Below, piece by piece: positions 9,821-18,886 of a stretch of DNA of 64,000 nucleotides. Each line of letters opens with the position of its first letter. Within the stretch, counting starts at the first letter, position 1. A program made the translations under genes and the position numbers. The notes under the pieces were generated by a model, which was given only the letters and a program-made list of their open reading frames with translations, searched no databases and was not told the origin of the DNA. The DNA lies in contig CAVVJT010000007.1 of assembly GCA_963748625.1 (NCBI GenBank), forward strand, positions 1,152,001-1,216,000, read 5' to 3'. The DNA comes from an uncultured Chloroflexia bacterium (lineage in GTDB: Bacteria; Chloroflexota; Limnocylindria; Limnocylindrales; CSP1-4).

Positions 9821-9837
9821 ATACCCCCTGGGGGTAT
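9821..9837. promoter_or_regulatory. CsoR/RcnR-type operator palindrome
   Basis: Perfect ATACCCCC-T-GGGGGTAT palindrome with AT flanks and G/C tracts. Confidence 0.6.
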
Positions 9838-9849
9838 ATCGGATTCGCC

Positions 9850-9879
9850 TTGCAGGGCCGGTCAGCCGGGGTGTATTGT
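9850..9879 (+). promoter_or_regulatory. Putative dnaA promoter
   Basis: TTGCAG-18 nt-TATTGT. Confidence 0.45.
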
Positions 9880-10043
9880 TCGGCGGCCCTGAGGCGCCGG
9901 GACCGCCGGGAACCCCCGTCGGGGGACACGAAACGGCTCGGCAAGGCGTCGGCAACACGCCCGTCTCGCGGTTCCCCTGGAACCAGGTCCGCGGTCGGCC
10001 GTACCCATCGAGAACCCGATTAGATCAGGACCCGATCGAACGA

Positions 10044-11408
10044 ATGGACGCGAAGCAGGTCTGGCGCGCGGCCCTTGGGGAGCTGCAGGTTTCCCTATCG
10101 CCCGCCAACTATGAGACCTGGCTTCGTGACACCCATCTGGTCGAGGTGGATGACCAGCGGTTCAAGATCGCCGTTCCCAACGGGTTCGCCAAGGACTGGC
10201 TCGAGACCCGCTACCGCTCCCTGATCTCCCAGACGCTGGCCCGCGTCGTCGGCTACAGCGTCCAGGTCGAGTTCATCGTGGCGGCAGCCACGGATGCCCA
10301 GGAGCAGGCGGCGGCTGTCGCTGCCCAGCCCGTGCGCCTGGAGCCCACGCGGGTCGGCGCGCCCGAGGGCCCCGCCGCCGGCGCCACGTACCTCAATGCG
10401 CGGTACACCTTCTCCAACTTCATCGTCGGGTCGGCCAACCGCCTCGCGCACGCGGCGTCGCTATCGGTCGCCGAGCGGCCCGGCCACGCCTACAACCCGC
10501 TGTTCCTCTACGGCGGCGTGGGCCTCGGCAAGACCCACCTGATGCACGCCATCGGCAACGCGGTCGCGGCCAAGTTCCCGCGCAAGCGAGTGGTCTACGC
10601 GACGTCCGAGAAGTTCACCAACGAGTTCATCACCTCCATCCAGCAGGGCCGGATCGACGAGTTCCGGGCCCGATACCGCCGGATCGACATCCTGCTCATC
10701 GATGACATCCAGTTCATCGCGGACAAGGAGCGGACGCAGGAGGAGTTCTTCCACACGTTCAACGCGATCCACGAGGACGGCAAGCAGATCGTCCTCTCCT
10801 CGGACCGGCCGCCGAAGGCGATCCTCACCCTGGAGGAGCGGCTCCGGTCGCGCTTCGAGTGGGGCCTCATCGCAGACCTGACGGCGCCCGACCTCGAGAC
10901 CCGGATCGCGATCCTGCGCGCCAAGGCAGAGGACCAGGCGACCCCGATCGGGGCGGACGTGGTCGAGTTCATTGCCCGCAAGGTGGTCTCCAACATCCGG
11001 GAGCTCGAGGGCGCCCTCAACCGGATCATGGCCTACGCGAACATGAACGCGAGCCCGGTCACCATCGAGCTGGCCCAGGCGGTCCTCTCGAACGTCCTCT
11101 ACAACCCCAAGAAGCGGCAGGTCACCCCGGAACGCATCGCGCAGACGGTGTCCGAGTACTACGGCGTGGGCCTCGATGCCCTGCGCGGCCAGAAGCGCGA
11201 GAGGACGATCGTGATGCCGCGCCAGATCGCGATGTTCCTGATGCGCGAGGAGACGGACGTCTCGCTGCTCCGCATCGGCGCGGAGCTGGGCGGTCGGGAC
11301 CACTCGACGGTGCTGCACGCCTGCGACAAGATCAACCGGGAGATGCAGGTCAACGACGAGCTGCGCCGCGAGGTCGCCGCCGTCCGGGAGCTCATCTACA
11401 CCGAGTGA
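10044..11408 (+). CDS. dnaA: Chromosomal replication initiator DnaA
   Basis: YNPLFLYGGVGLGKTHL, LLIDDIQF, TQEEFFHTFN, RLRSRFEWG, RDHSTVLHA. Confidence 0.99.
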   Translation: MDAKQVWRAALGELQVSLSPANYETWLRDTHLVEVDDQRFKIAVPNGFAKDWLETRYRSLISQTLARVVGYSVQVEFIVAAATDAQEQAAAVAAQPVRLEPTRVGAPEGPAAGATYLNARYTFSNFIVGSANRLAHAASLSVAERPGHAYNPLFLYGGVGLGKTHLMHAIGNAVAAKFPRKRVVYATSEKFTNEFITSIQQGRIDEFRARYRRIDILLIDDIQFIADKERTQEEFFHTFNAIHEDGKQIVLSSDRPPKAILTLEERLRSRFEWGLIADLTAPDLETRIAILRAKAEDQATPIGADVVEFIARKVVSNIRELEGALNRIMAYANMNASPVTIELAQAVLSNVLYNPKKRQVTPERIAQTVSEYYGVGLDALRGQKRERTIVMPRQIAMFLMREETDVSLLRIGAELGGRDHSTVLHACDKINREMQVNDELRREVAAVRELIYTE

Positions 11409-11414
11409 TGCTGC

Positions 11415-11434
11415 ACCCGGCGGCAGTGCCGGGT
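11415..11434 (+). terminator. Hairpin right after the dnaA stop
   Basis: ACCCGGC-GGCAGT-GCCGGGT; no U tract. Confidence 0.4.
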
Positions 11435-11679
11435 CGCGCCCTCCGTGCTTCGTCATCCGGGTCTGGTATCCGGTTTGGCGTTCACCCGCGCCCCTTCTGC
11501 GCCTTGCAGATGCCGCCGGGCGATCCCGGGCCGTCCCGAGCCAGACGCCTCTCGCCGGGCCGTGCGGCACGCCATGAGCCACTTGGTGTGGCAGACAGTC
11601 CCCGGACTGGGAGGTGGCGCGCCGGCGGGTGAAGACTCGGCTGGGGGTCAAGGGAGCCAGGGGTGTGCGGCGGGTGTAC

Positions 11680-12080
11680 AGACAACCCGGGGATGGCTGC
11701 ACGAGAGGAGTTGGACGGGTTCGCTGGTGACTCCCGGTGGGGTCAGGGCGGCCCAAGACGGCACGGCGGCCATGCGCTCCGGCACCGTGCCCGTGGAGAG
11801 ACCGCCGAATCCGGTGGACAAGCCGGGCCCGACCGTGGATGGATCGCGCCCGCCTCCGGGGGTGGAATCGTTGGCGGATGAGCCCTGGTTGAGCCTCATG
11901 GTGGACACTGCTCCCGGCACCCCCGATCCATCCACGCTTTCGTCCCCGGCCCATCCCCGGGTTGTCCCCGTTCGTCCACGGAGGGATGGCGGTCGCCCAC
12001 ACCGGTTTCCCGCACGATCAAGCGCGACGATCCACGCAATCCACGGCAATATGACGGTGATGACGGAATGAGAAGATAGG
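11680..12080. other. Replication origin oriC (dnaA-dnaN intergenic)
   Basis: More than 10 degenerate DnaA-box-like 9-mers with TCC(A/C)C core; tandem pair CGATCCACG-CAATCCACG (12028-12045) followed by GAT/GAC trinucleotide repeats. Confidence 0.85.
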
Positions 12081-12194
12081 TACCTCCCACAGAGAACCAA
12101 CAGCGTGGGGCACCGCGCGATCGTCCGGGCCCGGGACCCGCACGACACCAGCCGTCCCGACGAACCGTCCACCCCAGATGGAGACCAACCCGAC

Positions 12195-13310
12195 GTGAAG
12201 CTCTCGGTCATGCAGGAGAACCTGGCGCGCGGCCTCTCGGTCGTCTCGCGAGCCGTCTCCAGTCGCAGCACCCTGCCCGTGCTGGCCAACGTCCTCCTTC
12301 GCACCGAGGATGCGGGCCTCAAGCTGACCGCGACCAACCTCGAGATCGGCATCACGTACTGGGTGCCCGGCAAGATCGAGGTCGACGGCGCCACCACGGT
12401 CCCCGCCCGGCTCCTCACCGACCTCGTCAGCAGCCTGCCCGCGTCCGAGAAGGTGGACCTCGAGCTCCAGGGCCCCGACACGCTGCACATCCGCGCCGGC
12501 CGTTTCGCGACCCACGTGAAGGGCATCGACGCCGAGGACTTCCCGACGATCCAGACCGCCGGCGAGCGGCCGACGACGCGCGTCAGCCAGAAGGTCCTCA
12601 AGAAGGCGCTCGCGGAGACGGTCTTCGCGGCCGCAAGCGACGAGGCCCGCCCGATCCTGACCGGCGTCCTCGCCAAGTTCGACGGCAGCCGCCTGACGCT
12701 GGCCGCGGCCGACAACTACCGGATCGCCGTGCGCACCATCGACATCATCGACCCGGTGGAGGCCGTGTCCGTGGTGATCCCGGCCCGAGCCCTCAGCGAG
12801 CTGAGCCGGATCATGTCGGACACCGACGATCCCGTGGAGCTCGTCCTCGCCCAGGCCCGCAACCAGGCCCTCTTCCACCTCGACGGCATCGACCTGGTCA
12901 GCCGCCTGATCGACGGCCAGTTCCCGAACTACCAGCAGGTCATCCCCGCCAGCCATGCGACGCGCGCGGAGTTCGATCGCGAGGAGCTCCTGCGGGCGGT
13001 GCGGCCGGCGGCGCTGATCGCCTCGTCATCCGCGAACATCGTCAAGATCCAGGTGGGTGGCGACGGGGCCGGCATCACGGTCACGGCGACGGCCGAGGTT
13101 GGCGACTACACCGGAGAGGTCGAAGCGACGGTGGAGGGGGACGCGACCACGATCGCGTTCAATGCCCGCTACCTCAACGACGTGCTGGGCAACGTGCCGG
13201 CGGACCGCTTCTCACTCGAGCTCAACGGGCCCCTCTCGCCGGGCGTCTTCCGGCCGGTGGGCGACGGGGACTACATCCACGTCGTGATGCCCGTCCGGAC
13301 GACCTCCTGA
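12195..13310 (+). CDS. dnaN: DNA polymerase III beta clamp
   Basis: STLPVLANVLL, ATNLEIGI, RPILTGV, SRLIDGQFPNYQQVIP, VVMPVR; GGAG RBS before GTG. Confidence 0.98.
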   Translation: MKLSVMQENLARGLSVVSRAVSSRSTLPVLANVLLRTEDAGLKLTATNLEIGITYWVPGKIEVDGATTVPARLLTDLVSSLPASEKVDLELQGPDTLHIRAGRFATHVKGIDAEDFPTIQTAGERPTTRVSQKVLKKALAETVFAAASDEARPILTGVLAKFDGSRLTLAAADNYRIAVRTIDIIDPVEAVSVVIPARALSELSRIMSDTDDPVELVLAQARNQALFHLDGIDLVSRLIDGQFPNYQQVIPASHATRAEFDREELLRAVRPAALIASSSANIVKIQVGGDGAGITVTATAEVGDYTGEVEATVEGDATTIAFNARYLNDVLGNVPADRFSLELNGPLSPGVFRPVGDGDYIHVVMPVRTTS

Positions 13311-14509
13311 CGAACCCGCTGCTCCTCCCTCTGGACGGGCCCGACACCCCGATCCTGCGAGGTCTCGCGGTCCGCGACCTCCGGGGCTACGCGGCGCTCG
13401 ACGCCGTCTTCGAGCAGGGCCCGCAGCTGGTCTGGGGCGCCAATGCGGCCGGCAAGACCAGCCTGCTCGAGGCGATCGTCCTGCTCGCGTGGGGCCGCAG
13501 TCACCGCACGAGCGCCGAGGGCGAGATCGTCCGGTGGGGCCAGGAGCTGGCGCGGGTCGAGGCGAGGGTCGGCCGGAGGGATGTGCTGCCGGACCAGCGC
13601 GACGCGATCGAGGTGGCGCTCGTGCGCACGGCCAGTGGCGGCGCCCGCAAGCGGATCCGCGTGAACGGCGTCCCGCGGCGGGCGGGCGCGCTCCACGGCG
13701 TCCTGCGGACGGTGATGTTCGCCCCCGAGGACATGCTGCTGGTCTCGGGGTCGCCCTCCCTGCGGCGGGAGGCCCTGGACCGTCTCGCGGGCGAGCGATC
13801 GGCGCACTACACCCGCGACCTGGGCACGTACGGGCGGGCGCTCCAGCAGCGCAACGGGCTCCTGCGGGCGATCCGCGAGGAGCAGGCGACGCGCGCGGAA
13901 CTCCGCTTCTGGGACCAGACGCTGCTGGAGGCCGGCACGGCCGTTCGTGAGGAGCGGATGCGCCTCCTGCGCGACCTCGCGGGGCCACTCGCCGCCGCAC
14001 ATGCGGAGATCGCACCCGACGAGGCCGCCGACGCCGCGCTGCACGTCGAGTACACGACCAATGCCCCGCAGCACCACGGCGAGTCCATCCGCGACGCGCT
14101 CGCCCGGCGCCTGGCCGAGACCGCCGACAAGGAGGTCTGGAACGGCACCACCCTGGTCGGCCCGCATCGCGACGACATCGTCTTCGAGATGGGGGGCCGG
14201 TCACTGGCGACGTTTGCGAGCCGAGGCCAGCAGCGCACGGCGATCCTCGCCTTCAAGCTCGCCGAGGTGGACCTCCTCACCGCCATGGATGGCCGGCCGC
14301 CGCTCCTCCTGCTCGACGATGTGTTCTCCGAGCTCGACCCGGAGCGACGGACCCACCTCGTGCGCCGGATCTCGGAGCTGCCGCAGGCCTTCGTGACCAC
14401 CACGACGCTCGAGGACATCGACCCGGCACTGCGCTCGGTGGGCACGGCCTGGGCCGTCACGACGAGCGACGACGGGTTGGCCTGTGTCACCCGCGACGAG
14501 CACCCATGA
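13307..14509 (+). CDS. recF: DNA replication/repair protein RecF; start inferred at CTG 13307
   Basis: In-frame extension upstream of the 13583 ORF contains VRDLRGY, WGANAAGKTSLLEAI and GRSHR; also GPHRDD, ASRGQQR, LLLDDVFSELD. Confidence 0.93.
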   Translation: MTNPLLLPLDGPDTPILRGLAVRDLRGYAALDAVFEQGPQLVWGANAAGKTSLLEAIVLLAWGRSHRTSAEGEIVRWGQELARVEARVGRRDVLPDQRDAIEVALVRTASGGARKRIRVNGVPRRAGALHGVLRTVMFAPEDMLLVSGSPSLRREALDRLAGERSAHYTRDLGTYGRALQQRNGLLRAIREEQATRAELRFWDQTLLEAGTAVREERMRLLRDLAGPLAAAHAEIAPDEAADAALHVEYTTNAPQHHGESIRDALARRLAETADKEVWNGTTLVGPHRDDIVFEMGGRSLATFASRGQQRTAILAFKLAEVDLLTAMDGRPPLLLLDDVFSELDPERRTHLVRRISELPQAFVTTTTLEDIDPALRSVGTAWAVTTSDDGLACVTRDEHP

Positions 14510-14886
14510 CCGGCCGCGAACGCTCCCGCGATCCCGAGGCGCCCGGCCGCCGCCGCCGTCCCGACCGGATAGGCGATCTCCTGCCCGAGGCGGCACGGGC
14601 CCTGGGGCTGGAACGGGAGCTGCGGCTCGCCCGGGCCGTCACCACCTGGGATGCGTTGATCGCCGAGCGGGTCCCTCCTGCCGCAGGCGCCTGCCGGCTT
14701 GTCCGTCTCGACGACGACGCGATCGTGGTGGCTGCTGACGAGCCCATCGTCGCGTCCGAGCTGCGGATGCGCGCCACCGAGCTGCTTGAAGCCTTCGGGC
14801 GCGCACCGGGTGGTGCGCGCGTCCGGTTCCTGCGCCTCACGGGCGAGTCAGGGGTTGATCGCGGGCTGCAGCGGCCACCCGTATAA
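14506..14886 (+). CDS. dciA: DciA/DUF721-family protein
   Basis: RIGDLLP...W...ELRMRATELL pattern; ATGA-coupled to recF at the usual DUF721 position. Confidence 0.75.
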   Translation: MTGRERSRDPEAPGRRRRPDRIGDLLPEAARALGLERELRLARAVTTWDALIAERVPPAAGACRLVRLDDDAIVVAADEPIVASELRMRATELLEAFGRAPGGARVRFLRLTGESGVDRGLQRPPV

Positions 14887-14974
14887 TCCACGTCCCGCTA
14901 CTCCGTCTCCCGGCGGGCATCGCGCGTCACGCCAGCACCTCGGCGCGCGTCGGTCACCGCATGAGGCATCCGTC

Positions 14975-17260
14975 TTGGCCGTCCGTCTCCAGCTGAAGCT
15001 CGGTGCTGTCACCGAGCAGGACCGGCTCCCCGACTCGCCTGACACGATCGTGGTCGTCGAGCCGTCCGTTGGTTCCGTGGGCCGCACGAAGGGCAACCTG
15101 TACCTGCTCGTCACCTCCAAGGTGACGACTGCGAAGGCGCGCGAGGCGACCCGGATGGTCGCGGACACCATCCGCAATGAGTACTACTACGATGAGTCGG
15201 CCGGCATCCGCCAGTGCCTGACCAAGGTGCTCGCCACCGCCAACAAGCGGGTCGCCCACCAGCGCGACAAGTTCAGCCTGGGCCACCAGAGCGACGGGGC
15301 GGGACCCATCGGGGTTGCGGTCGCGGTGGTGCGCGGGCGCGAGCTGTACGTCGCCACCGTCGGCCCGGCCGAGGCCTATCTCATCCGCCAGGCACGCCTG
15401 TCGACCCTTCCTGATCCGAACGGCGAACGGGGCATGCCGTCCGAGGGCCTCGAGCCTGAGGTCTGGCGCGGCGAGCTCAACGTGGGCGATTCGTTGTGCC
15501 TGGTCGCGCGCAACGTCGTGGGCCGGATCGGCACGGACGCCCTCAAGGACGCGCTGGTCACCCTCCACCCGCAGTCGGCGATCGAGCACATCCACGCCCG
15601 GTTCACCGCGGCCGGCGGCGCAGGGTCAGACGGCGCCTTCGCCTTCGAGGCAGCCGAGGTTGGGGCGACCTTCAAACAGAAGACCCTGGTGCCGGTCCGC
15701 CCCGCAGAGCCCCTGGCGGGCGCCCCCGACAAGTCCCCGATCCCCCTGGCAGACGGTGTCACGGCCGGCGCCGCCGCCGTCACGGCCACGGCCGGCAAGG
15801 CGAAGGCCAGCGCCGGAAGCTCGGTGGAGCGCGTGGTCGGGAAGATCCAGGACATGCTGCCCCGGCGCAGGTCGGCGTCACCCAAGGTCACCGCGGCCAC
15901 CAGCCGCATGGAGACCCAGCGCCGCGCCGCCGTGGCGTTGCTGGCGTTCATCGGCATCGCGGGCGCCCTCGTCCTGTCCATCTACGCCTTCGGTGGCCAG
16001 GGCACAACCCCCGGTGCGATCGAGTCGCTCAACGCGGCGGAGGTCGCCTTCACCGAGGCCGAGGAGGCCGCCGGCGGGGTGAGCGGCCCGGGGATCGACC
16101 TCATCGCGAACGACCCGAGCAGGGCGCTCGAGCTGCTCACCCTCGCCTACGCCAAGCTCGACGAGGCCCAGCAGGCCGGCTACCCGTCCGACCAGGTGGA
16201 CGAGCTCCGTGCGACCGTCCTCGAAGGCCTCGACCGCCTCTACGGCGTCGTCCCGGTGGCCACCGAGCCGCTGTTCACCTTCCCGGCCGAGAAGCCCGTC
16301 CAGCTGGCCGGCCTGGTCCGGGGCTCCGACGGCGCCCCGTATGTGCTCGACACCGCCAACAAGACGGTCTGGCGGATCGACCTCGCCAAGCGCACGGCTG
16401 CCCCCATTCTCGCGAGCGGTGACAAGGCGACGGGAGGCCGTGTGGCCGACCCCGCCTTCATCACCACCGGTGGCCCGGACGTCCTGGTCCTCGACAGCAA
16501 GAACCAGCTGTGGCGGTGGCGACCGGCGTTGAACAAGGGCCGGGGGTCCCTCATGAAGATCAACGTGGCGGACTCCGCGTCGTGGGGCAACGACATCAAG
16601 GCGATCGACACGTTCGTCGCCAACTTCGACGCCGCCTTCTACAAGCTCTACGTCGTGGACGCGTCCGAGCAGAACATCATGGTCCTCTCGCCCGCCAACG
16701 ATGGCTCCGGCTACCCGGTCAAGCCCACGGGCCGCCTGCCAACCAACCGCCCTGTGGACGGGATCACGGACCTCATGCTCGACGGCGACATCTACGTCGC
16801 TGAGGACGGGGAGGTGGCGCGCGTCATCCCGGCCAACTCCTGGGATGCCGAGCCGCCCGAGGACACCCAGGTCCGCCCCGACTCCTACTACACGCTCCTT
16901 GCCTCGCCCGACAAGCCGGGCAACGAGTCCAGCCGGCGCGACGGGCCCATCTACGCCTACGATCGCGTCAACGCCCGCGTCGTCGCGTTCTCCAAGGCGA
17001 CCGGCGACTACATGTCGCAGTACCACCTCGTCGGGGACGACCCGGGCTGGGACGACCTCCAGGGCATGGTCATCATGCCGGGCGCTGACGCCGAGGCCCC
17101 CGCGACGATGTGGTGGATCGACAGCACCGGGCTCCACAGCGCTGTGCTGATGGAGGCCGCCGGGCCCACGCCAACTGCCGCACCGTCGCCCAGCGCGACC
17201 GCTGAGCCCGCGGCCACCCCCAAACCCACCAAGAAGCCGAAGAAGACGCCCAAGCCGTGA
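14975..17260 (+). CDS. Bitopic membrane protein: degenerate PP2C-like domain, TM helix, extracellular beta-propeller-like region
   Basis: LYVATVGPAEAYLIR and GELNVGDSLCLV resemble the PP2C fold without its Asp residues; TM AAVALLAFIGIAGALVLSIYAF; repeated YVLD/LVLD/YVVD/YAYD strands; TTG start after GAGG. Confidence 0.7.
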   Translation: MAVRLQLKLGAVTEQDRLPDSPDTIVVVEPSVGSVGRTKGNLYLLVTSKVTTAKAREATRMVADTIRNEYYYDESAGIRQCLTKVLATANKRVAHQRDKFSLGHQSDGAGPIGVAVAVVRGRELYVATVGPAEAYLIRQARLSTLPDPNGERGMPSEGLEPEVWRGELNVGDSLCLVARNVVGRIGTDALKDALVTLHPQSAIEHIHARFTAAGGAGSDGAFAFEAAEVGATFKQKTLVPVRPAEPLAGAPDKSPIPLADGVTAGAAAVTATAGKAKASAGSSVERVVGKIQDMLPRRRSASPKVTAATSRMETQRRAAVALLAFIGIAGALVLSIYAFGGQGTTPGAIESLNAAEVAFTEAEEAAGGVSGPGIDLIANDPSRALELLTLAYAKLDEAQQAGYPSDQVDELRATVLEGLDRLYGVVPVATEPLFTFPAEKPVQLAGLVRGSDGAPYVLDTANKTVWRIDLAKRTAAPILASGDKATGGRVADPAFITTGGPDVLVLDSKNQLWRWRPALNKGRGSLMKINVADSASWGNDIKAIDTFVANFDAAFYKLYVVDASEQNIMVLSPANDGSGYPVKPTGRLPTNRPVDGITDLMLDGDIYVAEDGEVARVIPANSWDAEPPEDTQVRPDSYYTLLASPDKPGNESSRRDGPIYAYDRVNARVVAFSKATGDYMSQYHLVGDDPGWDDLQGMVIMPGADAEAPATMWWIDSTGLHSAVLMEAAGPTPTAAPSPSATAEPAATPKPTKKPKKTPKP

Positions 17261-17276
17261 CGGCGGCGGGGCGCCC

Positions 17277-17984
17277 GTGATCCCCCTCCGTGACGCCGTC
17301 CCTCCGCGACGCACCCCGTACGTCACGCTGGCGATCGTCGCCCTCTGCACGCTGGCGTTCGGTGCGGAGCTCGCCGTCGAGGCGACCGGCGGCGAAATCG
17401 CGCTCGAGGAGTTCCTCTACGCGTGGGGCTTCATCCCGGCCGACTTCTGGGCCGCGGTCGCGGCCGGTGACTGGCTCAGCCCGCCCGTGCTCCACATCGT
17501 CTCGTCGATGTTCCTCCACGGCGGCTGGCTCCACCTGCTGGGGAACATGCTCTACCTGTGGATCTTCGCGAACCGGCTCGAGGACGGGATCGGGCATGTC
17601 CCATTTGCGGTCCTTTACGCGGTGGGCGGCATCGTGGCCGCCGTCGGCCACGCGTTGGCCGATCCAGCGTCCGACATCCCCGCGATCGGGGCGTCGGGTG
17701 CGATCTCCGCGGTCCTGGGCGCATACCTCGTCCTGTATCCGCGGGCACGGATCCAGTCCCTCGTGTTCCTCGGGTTCTTCTACCAGCTCATCGCCGTGCC
17801 ATCGGTGCTGGTGCTGACCTTCTGGTTCGTGCTGCAGCTCATCGACGGGGTCGCCGCCCTCAACGCCACCGACGTGGCGACCGGCGGGGTCGCGGTCTGG
17901 GCCCACATCGGCGGGTTCGCCGCGGGAATGCTGATGGCGCTGCCCATCCGCATCCTCCGGCGGTTGGCGCGGAAGGTGGGATAA
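17277..17984 (+). CDS. Rhomboid-family intramembrane serine protease
   Basis: SMFLHGGWLHLLGNMLYLWIF, GASG, WAHIGGF. Confidence 0.95.
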   Translation: MIPLRDAVPPRRTPYVTLAIVALCTLAFGAELAVEATGGEIALEEFLYAWGFIPADFWAAVAAGDWLSPPVLHIVSSMFLHGGWLHLLGNMLYLWIFANRLEDGIGHVPFAVLYAVGGIVAAVGHALADPASDIPAIGASGAISAVLGAYLVLYPRARIQSLVFLGFFYQLIAVPSVLVLTFWFVLQLIDGVAALNATDVATGGVAVWAHIGGFAAGMLMALPIRILRRLARKVG

Positions 17985-17991
17985 TCCAGGC

Positions 17992-18618
17992 ATGGCTGGC
18001 AACCGCGCGCACGACATCGAGATGGTGGTTGAGAGCGTCCGGGTCCACATGCGGACCGGGCGCCACGTGCTCCTGCTCAAGGAGGTCGGCCTCGGGCGGA
18101 TCCTGCCCGTCTGGATCGGGCAGTGGGAGGCCCAGGCGATCGCGATGAAGCTCCAGGGCATCGCGACCGAGCGGCCCCTCACACACGACCTGTTCCTGGC
18201 CACGCTGGCGGAGCTTGGGGTGCACCTCGACCGGGTCGTGATCACCACCCTCGCTGACGACACGTTCCACGCCACCCTGGTGCTCGAAGGTGGTGACGGC
18301 GCCCACGAGGTGGATGCCCGCCCGTCAGACGCGATCGCGCTGGCCGTCCGGGTGGAGTGCCCGATCTACGCTGCCTCAGGCGTCCTGGACCTTGCCGCGG
18401 CCCTGCCCGACCCCGACGATGACGCGGAGGGCGACGATGCGGGCGATGGGGACGACGAGGCGGCGGCGACCGCCCGGGGTGAGCGCGACGCACGCCGGGC
18501 ACGTCTTGCGGCGGGGTCGCTCGAGGCGACCGGCGAGCGCCTCGATCCCACGAAGCTGACCGTGTTCCGCGACTTCGTGAACTCGCTCGAGATCGAGGGC
18601 GACCAGCGCGGATCCTGA
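17992..18618 (+). CDS. Bifunctional nuclease (BFN/DUF151) family protein
   Basis: LPVWIGQWEAQAI, RPLTHDL, DARPSDAIALA. Confidence 0.93.
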   Translation: MAGNRAHDIEMVVESVRVHMRTGRHVLLLKEVGLGRILPVWIGQWEAQAIAMKLQGIATERPLTHDLFLATLAELGVHLDRVVITTLADDTFHATLVLEGGDGAHEVDARPSDAIALAVRVECPIYAASGVLDLAAALPDPDDDAEGDDAGDGDDEAAATARGERDARRARLAAGSLEATGERLDPTKLTVFRDFVNSLEIEGDQRGS

Positions 18619-18654
18619 AGGCCTGCGCCCGGCCGGCGTTCCGGGGCCGGGTTC

Positions 18655-18823
18655 GCGCTCCGGGGCCCCGACGGGCCCTTGAACCCGCTGGGAGTCAGGG
18701 AGCGGTCCTCCGTGCACGGGACGTGCCGCGAACTCGACCTGGCTGCACACCTGCCGCTCGGAGCATTCCCCGGTGACTCCGGGTTGAGTCAACTGGCGAG
18801 TCAAACGACGAGGCACCGGGCGC
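18655..18823 (-). ncRNA. ssrS: Probable 6S RNA (strand less certain)
   Basis: About 170-nt rod: the ends pair, TTTGACTCGC pairs with GCGGGTTCAAG, then a central bubble and a GGAG/CTCC internal stem; GCGGGTTCAA resembles the Bacillus 6S-1 3' strand. Confidence 0.6.
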
Positions 18824-18886
18824 CGCACGGCCGCCGCACGGCCGCCGGTCCTGGACGCAGCGCGGGACGCGTCCGCCCGGGACGCT

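Noticed and set aside
11481-11633. Structured RNA between dnaA and the DnaA-box cluster (TTCACCCGC/GCGGGTGAA plus small hairpins)
   Set aside because: No promoter or recognisable family; stems of this length are expected by chance at this GC content.
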